Shown here: in pieces, positions 53,927-64,000 of the stretch
How the letters are laid out: the number at the start of each line of letters is the position of its first letter
Numbering within the stretch: the first letter of the stretch is position 1
Assembly: GCF_001194135.2 (NCBI RefSeq)
Contig: NC_068982.1
Location: 129,704,379-129,768,378, forward strand
Length of the DNA stretch: 64,000 bases
From: Octopus bimaculoides
Lineage: Eukaryota
Direction of reading: 5' to 3'
Notes under the pieces: model-generated
Seen by the model: the letters and a program-made list of their open reading frames with translations, nothing else
Database searches by the model: none
What the model was told of the DNA's origin: nothing
Made by a program: the position numbers and the translations under genes

Positions 53927-54735
53927 GATGGCCGTCCACTCGTGACCGAGGAAAACCATTGCCGACCTTCAGGAACATTGTGCGCTCTAGGACTAACTTA
54001 TATTTTGCATTTGCGGCTCCGTTGGTGGCTAATGAGTCCTGCTCTTGACAAGCATACACGACTGCAAACATTGCAGACCAAGCTTTCCCCATTCACTATA
54101 CGAGCTGTGCGCCTTTGCGCAGCTCGCTTAAGATTTTTATGCTGGATACGTGCTCTCTCAAAAGTGTCGATCCCCTCCTTAACCTGCTTCCTCCATCTGT
54201 GGAGATGACAGGCATTGTTCTCCCAGTCTGTGTCCTGCATATCACAGGTCTTTAATGAGGACTTGACACAGTCCTTAAATCGCAGCCTTGGTTTCTGTCC
54301 GAGTCTCCTTCCATTTACAAGTTCTCCATATAGCATCTGCTTAGGAATCCTGCTATCCTTCATTCTAATAAGGTGTCCAGTCCAACGTAACCGGTGCTTG
54401 TGCACCATTGCCTCAATACTCAAGATATCAGCTGTCCCCAGGACCTGTGTGTCTGGAATTTTTGAGGTCCAGCCAACATTGAGAATGTGTCTGAGACATC
54501 TCTGATGAAAGCGTTCAAGGACCCTTACTTGACGTTTGTACAGATTCCATGTCTCATATGAGTAGAGGAGCAATGTTAGTACACATGCACGGTATACAGC
54601 AACTTTTGTTTGCCTTGCGATGCCATGCTGGGACCAAACATGAGACTGAAGAATATTTGCCAGAACCTTGCCAGCAGCTGATAGTAGAGCAATACCTCTG
54701 TAGTTACCACACATTGTTCACATGTATGGTGATTA
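53927..54735 (-). mobile_element. RTE-BovB-like LINE derivative with a 238-aa open ORF lacking the RT core
   Basis: ORF 53998-54714: CGNYRGIALLSAAGKVLANIL fused to QSHVWSQHGI...RLRWTGHLIRM...IPKQMLYGEL...CNVCSRVCLSRAGLISHQRS; short 3' UTR ending in (TA)n. Confidence 0.9.
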
Positions 54736-56025
54736 TGCTCATTTACAACCATTATGTGATGTTTAGACACGAGTACATACTCTCACACACACAAATTTCT
54801 TTTAGCTGTCTTCAGGCTATAGAAGACTCCTGCTCAATGTGTCACACAGTGGGACTGAACCCAAAACCACATAGTTGGGAAGCAAGCTTCTCAATTGCAC
54901 AACACATAAACATGGCTGTAACAAGTCTCTCTGACATTTTGATCAGTGTCAGATCAACTAGTTGAAGCATTTCATTTGAAAGCAATTCTATAAAATGTAC
55001 ATTAGTGACGATCAACAAAACCTAGAAAGCAGAAGGCTGTGAAATCAAAATACTCTAATGGTCTCCAATCCAGCAGACACCTTATTACCCACAGATGTCT
55101 GTCGTAAATGTCATAATCTGAGTGGCATATTTACAAACTGATCTGCTAGAACATCTGCTTCTTACCCAGAGAAAACACTTACTAGTGTGGAACAACAAAT
55201 CTTTTCAGAAAGGAAATTCTACATTGTACTAGCATAGTACAGAGTAAGATTATTTCACTTGATTACAAAAACAGACTTACTGGGAAAATATTCATCATTA
55301 ACTCAAAATCTCACTCAAAATTCATAAGGCATTTGCTGATGTGTATTAAATATTTAGTCTTTATTCAGTTAATTACAATGTAAATTTCACAATTAGAATG
55401 TAGCTTTCACAATTGACTAATTAGTATAGCCACATGCTAAAAAAATTAAAAGCAGCACAACTTAGAATGAGATTCAGAATATATGGGGAAAATTGTCACA
55501 ATATATCTACAATTATAAAAAATTGACATTTTATTTGTTAACACCAATTTAGTATGTCTATGTATACGTAATGCACATTACTGCATCGATTTGCCACCAA
55601 ATCCTTAAAACAGCTGTCAAAAAATCTACTTTGAATTTTCTTCTTTCTTAATTGTATTTTTGATTATATCTGGATTTCTACTCATTTATGAAAGACTACC
55701 ATGGACTGCTTAATTATGTCTATTTGAAATATATATTTCAAATAATAGATGGACAAATGACATATATCCTTTAAGTTCGTTTATGGGAAACGTTTTGAGT
55801 ATGTACATAAAAGTTCCTATTCCATTATGCATGCTACAACCTAATGATACCAACTGGTTATACCAGTTTCGGTGGGGGGGGGGTCAGATTACACTGCAAT
55901 CATCTCAGGAATACAGACTATGATCTTAAGAAATTTGTGAAACACAGGTAGCAATGTACTAAAATATTCATAAATTGCATCCGAGGATTATTATTGTTAT
56001 TACTACAGATATATATATATATATA

Positions 56026-56134
56026 TAAATTGTAAATCCAAAAAACTAGCAGCAAAAATACAAAGGATTCTGCGGTACACGTGTACCACAGAATCCTTTG
56101 TATTTTTGCTGTTATTTTTTGGATTTACAATTTA
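56026..56134. repeat. Loop-less 109-bp palindrome
   Basis: TAAATTGTAAATCCAAAAAACTAGCAGCAAAAATACAAAGGATTCTGCGGTACAC|GTGTACCACAGAATCCTTTGTATTTTTGCTGTTATTTTTTGGATTTACAATTTA; two substitutions and one indel between the arms. Confidence 0.95.
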
Positions 56135-56211
56135 TTCTTTCACCTCAACCACGAGCTGGCATACACAGGTGCTTACAATTGTCAAGTATTACCTCTAAAT
56201 TTTACTTTACC

Positions 56212-56257
<46 letters not shown>

Positions 56258-56474
56258 GAGTTTTCTCAACATTTAACTGAGACAAATTTTCTGGTTTTAT
56301 TGTTCCTAAAGCTAATATTCTAATAGTTTTCTTTATCAGTAAACAGTGCCTCCCCTGTGCAATAACCATTGTATCCATATTTTAAATATTGACAAAAGAT
56401 AAACAGATTCACATTTCCACTATAATTCTGGATACTTCCCTTGGTGAAGCCTCTGCACAAAGCAATGTTCATAG

Positions 56475-56510
<36 letters not shown>

Positions 56511-59500
56511 CAAGCCAACAAGAGACTCTCAATGTGTTTGCCTACCCAGCTAAAAATAATCCTTCAAACCTTGTGATAAATCTTGAAAGTTGTAAACAAC
56601 AATGGATAATGCAGCCTGAGATACATCGTAGCCTGATAAAAGGATGAGATGGTCATGACTGGAATGTCTTTCACTGTAGGTACATCTGATCAGAGATTAT
56701 TTGGGTCTAAACAATAAGAGTATATAGCAAACTTTCTTTCATGTACTAATAAACAAGATACTTAGTTGTTTTCCCAATTGACTGTTACATCAATCTGACT
56801 CACACTCAGGATGACATCCCATGACACCAGCATTTTGTCAATTCAATTACTAGTTGAATTGAAAACACAAATATGCAGATGGTGGTAAATGTCTGCTTCC
56901 ATAATGAATAGGCTATCAAGACCATCCCTAAATACTTTGTTTTAGCAATGAACCCCTAGCAAGTGATTTTAGTGGAACTCAGATGACTCAAAGAAAGTTG
57001 TGAATATTTGCACTCAAAAAGTTCAACTAAGCTTATGAAGGATAACATCAAATGTTCCAGCCATTTACAATAAGTTGTAGCATACAAAAATATCTATTAA
57101 TACTTAGTGAGCTAGTCGATTTAGAGGCAAGGGGCTTGATCAAAGATTCTATACTGCTAGCAACAGGATATGAAGCAATAACCAATGAACAAGACAAGCT
57201 TTGAGTCTTAGATGTAGTGATAAGACTTAGATATTGGAATCTTTAAAAGAAACATCAAAGAAAAGGCAAAACTGTTCACAACAGTGTATAAAGATCCAAG
57301 TAATTAAACTCAATAACTTTCAAATAAATCAACTAGATGTCAATATCTTTTGAAGAAAAATCATTGAATGTAACAAGATGAAAGGAAATAATCCAATAAA
57401 TCTTTAGCAAAATTATCTAAAATTATTTACTTCTGTCTTAATGTAAAATGAGCATGTCATATCCAATTGAAGGAAATCATGACATGAAACATTGATTTTT
57501 TTAGTAACTCGAAGCAATCTCCCAGCATTACATACTATTTTTGTATTTGTCAATAGAAAAAGATAAATGTAAATGTATGCATGTCTCACGGCTAGTGGGA
57601 AATTCTGGTTTCATGTTAGGTAGATGAGAAATAATCATTCTGATTAAGAACATGGTTTGCATTACTTCCAGATGTTCAGGTCTCCAACATCTAAGTAAAC
57701 TGGTGTAAAACAAAAGCGAAAGAAAATTTTTCTAAGCTAGAAACACAATGAAATACTTGTAGTGAATTCGAACTCCAAACCCATGAACAGCTATTCCAAT
57801 ACTTCTAAGCACTCGGTCCTTTCGTCCCTTTAACCTTAAAATTTACTTTCACTCAACATGCTAAAAGGAAGGAATAAAATGGCGAGATCCCTTTCTTTAA
57901 CTTACAAAAGGTGTTGATCATACTAAACTAATAAATTATCTTGTTCGATTTTCATACGGTCAATATGAATTCAACTGCCCATTTCAATGTCATTCACCTA
58001 AAAATTAATGTTAGGAGGGGTCAACTCAAGTGTAAATGACAGCAAATAGATTTGTTTCCAAAGTAGCAAAATTACCAATCAACCTAGTCTTCGTAGAAAT
58101 TTAAGAATATATATAACTGGCGCATTTTACAATTATGAAGACGATAAACGTCTAAGTTTATTTTCAAAGACACGTTTAGGAATTAAATGGTCAAACAATA
58201 TTTTAGTTTACTATTTTCAAGATATCAAGGTGAGCTATACAATCAGACGCTAAATTAAAAGAACTGAAGCAAAGAAACCACTTTATATATAAACTGATGA
58301 GGTAAAATTAAAAGAAATGTTCCTTATGTTGATAACGGGAAGCTACTGAAGAAATTGCTTAAATGAGTTCTACAAATAGTACGACATAGCATACCTGATA
58401 AACATTAAGAACAAAAGCCATTTATTAGACCAGATATGTTAAACAACAGCAAAGATAGATGTGAAATAACAATAATAAACTGAAATAACCAGAACATATG
58501 TAAAAGAAATGTAGGATTGATTTAATTCTCTGCACATCCTTTAGAAAAATACGTTTGTGTCTTAGGAAATAAAAAGCTCAGATCGAAACAATTTTTTAAT
58601 CCTAAAATACATCTCACGCAAAAGAAAAGAAAAGAAAAAACTCAGATTATTCCGATTTTCAAATAATTAAATTGCGTAAATATAAATTTTAAAAATAATT
58701 GTTTCAAGTCATATAAATAAACATGTTTTAAGTCGTATATTCTCAAACTGATGCTATGAAACTAAACAGGTTTTCTTTATTAGACCTGTTCAGTCATCAT
58801 TAATAAACAAAGCTACAATATTTAAATACCTCCAGAGCAATGTGTGTATGTAGGCCGCTTCACAGCTAACCTATGCTGAACGAGAGTTTAATAATTTCTA
58901 CTCTAACATAACATACACTAATCACTCAATGTGGCTAAACTAACAACTATATTATATAAACACATATATACACACACACGTGCATACACCATTGCCGAAC
59001 AGCAGTTACCTCAATTTTCTAACGGTTTGAATGATTGCAATGTTTAGGAAATGTTATTTATCGCAAACATTTAATAACTCATCATCAAAACAAATATACG
59101 TATCGGTTTATTTTCCCTTTTGTACAGTTGTTTGGGATTAATTTTGGGGTACTTTAAAATATTACTGCTTTTTATTATCCTTGCTTTCGTTTTAACATGT
59201 ACTAAAAGATTTTTTCTAAAAGCTTTGTGTCAGCTGTTATTAAAGAGGAATAAAAACAAGATGTAGCTTGAGGTTTTTATCAACAACAATCTTATTACTG
59301 GTAGATGGCCACATATTGAGAGGTATGGTCAACTGAATCAACCTCATAGCAGGTGTTGTTGGTTTCAGTGATTAGGATTTACTTATTGGTCTCTGGACAT
59401 TCAGGATGACAATATTATATAATAAATAACGACAATACGAATGTTTCCCCCTTATTTACCACGCGGACAACGTTGATACTATAGATGATAGCTTGCATAG

Positions 59501-60490
59501 TCAATAACTCTTAGATTTTATAAAAAATGAATGAAATGTCGTGGCGTTCATGCCTCAAAACTTGTACAGGAGGAAATCATCGCATGTATTGAAATTGGAA
59601 GTCCAGGATACAATATGTAAGAATTGTTTAGATTTGGCCAACTGTTGAGTGTTGTTAGATTTTATTGTATGTTTTAGAATACAGCAGTCCACTGAATGAA
59701 GCTTATGTTATGGTAACAAGGAGAAATTGTAGTTGGTAGCTATTAAAAATGAAAAAGAAACAAAACAATAAGTTCATTTTGTTTTATTAGATTCAACATT
59801 CAGATGTTTTGAAGAGAGAGTTTCGGTTTTGCATCAAATCAACTTCGATTATAAAAATTGATTTGATCGAGATTCTGGTGTACTTGACATTATCATGAAC
59901 AAAATGTCAAAAACAGAGATATGATGAACAATATAATCTTTAATACGATTATATTCTGCAGTTGAGAGAGTAAACATGTAGAAAGAAAGAAAAAATACTA
60001 TTCCTACGTAAATAATAAAAATAACAGGCCATTCATTCATAAATAATCCGCCGTTTAATATATATCCTACAATTTAGTGATTTACGAACGAATATATTAT
60101 TTAGGTTAGAGAAGTTTCATTATTATTATTATTACTAATAAACAATATTGATCTAAAAAACATTTTGCGTGGCATTATTTAATACAAACACTGAACAATC
60201 TAAACCTGTCAGTGAGTTCAATGACAATTCCGCTAAGGTTAGGAAGAAAGACTACCTTTTGTTTTTATGCTAAGAATATTAGACTAACGTGGGCAATTGA
60301 AAAACAGAAGGAAAAACAACAATTAGAGTATATTAAACATCATTTTTTTTTTCTTTTTTGAATGAAACATTTTCTGGGTGAAATTTTAAACAAGACCAGA
60401 GTATAAGGAATAAAACAAACAGCTCCCAAAAAATTATATATAAATGCTGAAAGGGAGAATATATGACACTGTTTTAAAGAATTCAAAGGG

Positions 60491-60532
<42 letters not shown>

Positions 60533-60572
60533 ATAAACCAGACTGGATATTAAAAGAAACTAGTTTACTCAC

Positions 60573-60638
60573 CGGTGAACGCTTCTTCAGAGTAAAGTTT
60601 TTCCAAAGTAGCAAACGAAGTTGATGTAAAAAGCCCAT
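60573..60638 (-). CDS. ABCA2: ABCA2-like ABC transporter, first coding exon (MGFLHQLRLLLWKNFTLKKRSP)
   Basis: ATG at 60638-60636; 22 codons nearly identical to the ABCA2 N-terminus as I recall it ([22 protein letters not shown]); followed by donor CCG|GTGAGT, phase 0. Confidence 0.95.
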
Positions 60639-61564
60639 ACTGATGCAAATATGGTTTATCTTGCTCAATAAGAGAAAGGACACGGCTGGCTTAGTTCGAT
60701 ATGAAATAGAGGTATATTGTTATGCTACAAGAAGGATGGCTGAAGAGAAGAAGACGGTAGATAACGTCACAACCAGTGAGAATAATGAGACCAGGTGTTC
60801 CATTCTTAGAGCATTCATGTATCCTTAAGGCAAAAAGGAGAATATAAATAAAGTGAGGTACAGTGCAAAGATTTTAGTAATTACAGGTGTAACTAGTTTC
60901 GGAGTAAAATCTGAATCTTGCAATCCTTCGTGATAAGTGCGCAACTGGATAATTCTATAAAAGAGAGGATAGCAAATGTCTAAGATAATAGTCCAAGTTT
61001 TCCTATTACATTTAGTTAGTCATATAGTTACATTAACTATATTTTGGTTGCTTTCTTCCTGGGTATTAGTCAAATTTGACGAAAATTTATGAAGTAAATA
61101 AATTTTATACGAGCAGGAAAAAAAACGTAAAGAATACTGTTTTTATATCAAGCCTTCTCAAACATATACTCAGAAGGAAATTGTTGTTAATGGGATCAAT
61201 AAAGAAACTAATTTCGGGATAAATAAATGACACAACAACAATAAATAATAGTGAGGATTTAAGGGGAAAGAAATGAATGTTGGGGTTTCATTGAAGCTGT
61301 TGAACAGTCACTTCCCATGCCAAGATAGTTCTTCCATCTCTATGTTAAAATGTTCCATACATTTGGACACTTATTCAGATATTTGACTGCAACTTCGATA
61401 TAATATAATGCAATACAAGAGAGATTTATCTTGTTTGGATACTTTGTGTCTACTTTGAGCAGGCGACGGTCAGTCAGCAATTTCAGTCGCCTCCTCGTTC
61501 AGTTGTTACAGATATTGCACAACAACACACCGCACCATCAATTCACCTTCTATCAAACGCTTAC

Positions 61565-61711
61565 CAAAGTAGGTGGATACAAAAATAGTCACATGACGAA
61601 TTGCGGCTTGTGTATTGGCTTATATCATCCCGTTTCTCTCCCCTACCACTAACATCTTTAGACCCGCCAACATGACGTGTTCATCAAAGATAAACAAGTT
61701 TTGCACACGTG
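61565..61711 (-). promoter_or_regulatory. Candidate ABCA2 promoter / non-coding first exon
   Basis: GTCACATGAC 61588-61597, CCAAT (minus strand) within 61614-61620, CACGTG 61706-61711, donor TTG|GTAAGC at 61565/61564, locally raised CpG content about 1 kb upstream of the ATG. Confidence 0.4.
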
Positions 61712-63479
61712 AAAATGTTTACACATCAGCTTCTTTTCCCCATTGTGTGTGTGTATGTTGGGGAGGAAAAGAAGAAAAGAAAGAAAAATAAATAGAAATC
61801 AGAAGTAAATAATTTAAATAATGTGTTGAAATATTTAGAATCAGGTGTTTTGATTATCCCAAAACCAAAAGGATAGGGTATTTAAGAAAAGACAATAACT
61901 CGTTTAATCAAATTTACTTGCGGAGGCCTTGATGTTTATTTATGCTCAATTTTATCCTTGATGTTAAACATGTTTATTTATAGTTACTTGTACACGTATA
62001 TGTTTACATACTCAAGAATGATTATATTTGTTGTTCGTTGTATTTGAAACTACAGATTTTGTAGATATTAGTATTATATATCATGGTTACTTTCCTTGGG
62101 TTAAGTCAGGTGTAAAGGGCGATGTGCATCACCTTGGCAGGCTCTCCTAAACTTATGAGACATTTGTAAGAAAAATATGAGCAGGAAGAGAATTTCAGAG
62201 AGTTGTGATTCGAGACAAAAACGACCACAATAGTGTGAATTCTAGGGCCTGTGAGTCGCTATTAGAGAGTAAAAAAGATGAAACGTGAATGTAATGTAGA
62301 CTTGGGTGGAAATGACTTGCAATCTGCTTGTTCAGAAGAGTAGAGGATGTTGTAAAATGGATCTTCGTCTGTTTCAATAATGAACGTTCTGTTGTTCAAT
62401 TATCCAAAACTACATATTCACTGAATTGGCAGTTAAGTGGCTGAGTATTTCAAAGAAAGTCACATCCTTAAATTAATCCTTGAGCAGAATCAGCATAATA
62501 CAGTAAGTGACAAGACTGGGCCTTTGAGCTATTGATACACTCCACCTGAGGAGTCTTCCATGCAGTTCTGGGTTGATCGAAGTCTAACGTAAAAGACATT
62601 TGTCCAAGGTACCATGCAATCATGAGGTTCAAGGATCAAGCCTTGAGCCTCATGATTATGAAATGAACTTCATAACTATTGAGTTATAGAAAAAGCAGTG
62701 AAGAAACAGTATGTTTGTGAGCCATAAGTTGAAGTATATCTAATGTAGAGGTTCTATGGAGCTTTAATATTAGATGTAGGCCATCACATTAGTGGTGTCT
62801 TTGCTTCCAGACTTCTATGAAAAGATACATGATCATGGGAAAATATTACTTTACTTGGAAACAGGTAAAGGTTAGCAACAAAATAGGTACCCAGCCATAG
62901 AAAATCCACCTCAACAAATTCCATCTGAAACTTGTGAGCATGGAAAAGTGAACATTAAAACAATGATGATGGTGATGATGATACTATTTTCACAGATCAA
63001 CTGGTCAATGTATAGGTGTGGTGAACAATTAACTGAGAGGCTGGAAGATTGTATTGTGTCATTGATAAAGTCACTTAACCTTTAATTGCAGGTATTTATT
63101 GTATGTAAAAGCAGTGCTACAAAATCAATATTAGCTTTCAGTGGTCAGTTCAAGTATTCCTGCAAACCTTAGAAACCAATCCTGCAAAGCCTTCTCTGAA
63201 AAAGAAGTTAACAACTTACCAGAAATCTGGGTTACAGAATAAGCCATTTGTTTTATAGTTGTTATTGCTAATAATTCTTGCTGTCAATTTATGTGCCAGG
63301 GTTAACATGATAATATACATGATAAAGTCAAATGATTTTTAAGATTCACACCAATCAGTAATTTGATTAAGTCAAGTATAAAACTAGAACTTTGATTAAG
63401 CTTTGCGTTAAAAATATTTTTTTTCTCTTCTGTTTTCAAGCATTACAATTCAATATATTTTTTTTTAACGTGAAACTTA

Positions 63480-63740
63480 ATCAAAGTTTCTTATATAGTG
63501 CTTTATCTTTGCAATCTTTCATCCTACACAAGCCTGACCTTCTTACTTCTAATAATAGCGGTTCTGTAGCACTTTTTACATACCATGCTATGTTGTTTTC
63601 TTCCGCTCTAATGCTGTGTTCGCATCCAATAAGTACTCTTCCCCCTCTTTTCCTTGGTACATACAGTCTGTCTGTATCACTTTTTGGGTGGAGTGACCCA
63701 TGTCTAGTGAGCAATTTCCTTGTCTTTCTGTCTTAGCTGT
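63480..63740 (-). mobile_element. R4/Dong-like non-LTR retrotransposon fragment
   Basis: LTRHGSLHPKSDTDRLYVPRKRGGRVLIGCE matches the HPKSDVDRLYLPRxxGGRGL motif after the RT. Confidence 0.65.
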
Positions 63741-63825
63741 TTAGTTTGTCTGCTGTTCATGTGATTACCTCAGCTCCATATCTAAGGAGTGAAACCGCCC
63801 AGGTGTTGATAGCTTCAATCTTATT

Positions 63826-64000
63826 CATCATCATCATCATCATCGTTTAACGTCCGCTTTCCATGCTAGCATGGGTTGGACGATTTGACTGAGGACTGGT
63901 GAAACCGGATGGCAACACCAGGCTCCAGTCTGATTTGGCAGAGTTTCTACAGCTGGATGCCCTTCCTAACGCCAACCACTCAGAGAGTGTAGTGGGTGCT
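63826..64000 (-). mobile_element. RTE-LINE 3' end, low divergence, continues beyond the window
   Basis: (CAT)n CGTTTAACGTCCGCTTTCCATGCTAGCATGGG...; near-identical to the reverse complement of 15340-15518. Confidence 0.9.

Larger units (their letters stand above)
1..60638 (-). other. ABCA2: ABCA2-like gene body, 5' part: intron 1 20194-60572, intron 2 2928-20099, intron 3 runs off the left edge
   Basis: Three GT-AG bounded exons in the correct order with compatible phases; I found no further ABCA exon in 1-2815. Confidence 0.9.

Noticed and set aside
57590-57700. Minus-strand segment ending MKPEFPTS|GTGAGA as a possible ABCA2 exon
   Set aside because: No similarity to ABCA2 TM1 and the entry phase does not fit exon 1; the real exon 2 is at 20100-20193.
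59240-59262. LVFIPL on the minus strand resembling ABCA exon 2
   Set aside because: Immediately followed by a stop; no splice sites.

Overview
AT-rich animal genomic DNA with six N-gaps. The repeat families are ones I recognise from Octopus genomes, so the species is inferred, not proven. The window holds the 5' end of one minus-strand gene, an ABCA2-like ABC transporter. Its three coding exons (60573-60638, 20100-20193, 2816-2927) join in frame to give MGFLHQLRLLLWKNFTLKKRSP|LVLLFEQFIPLVLFVILILIRRKQPAHPWKA|SFYAAKPLPSAGVVSIMQAFCDGGSWDENSFVTFPKN; the gene continues off the left edge. Almost everything else is intron (about 40 kb and 17 kb) filled with tRNA-type SINEs, RTE LINE fragments (three missing the RT core), CR1, CRE-like and R4/Dong-like fragments, mariner/Tc1 relics, hAT MITEs and microsatellites. 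Best second-look items: (1) a TIR-bounded element encoding a SAP motif and a SWIM-finger relic, missed by the ORF track; (2) a loop-less 109-bp palindrome; (3) nested inverted repeats that could form long dsRNA in the pre-mRNA; (4) a CLEAR/M-box plus CCAAT candidate promoter; (5) exon-like segments antisense to ABCA2. I cannot demonstrate a new biological system from the sequence alone. Coordinates of decayed repeats are approximate.
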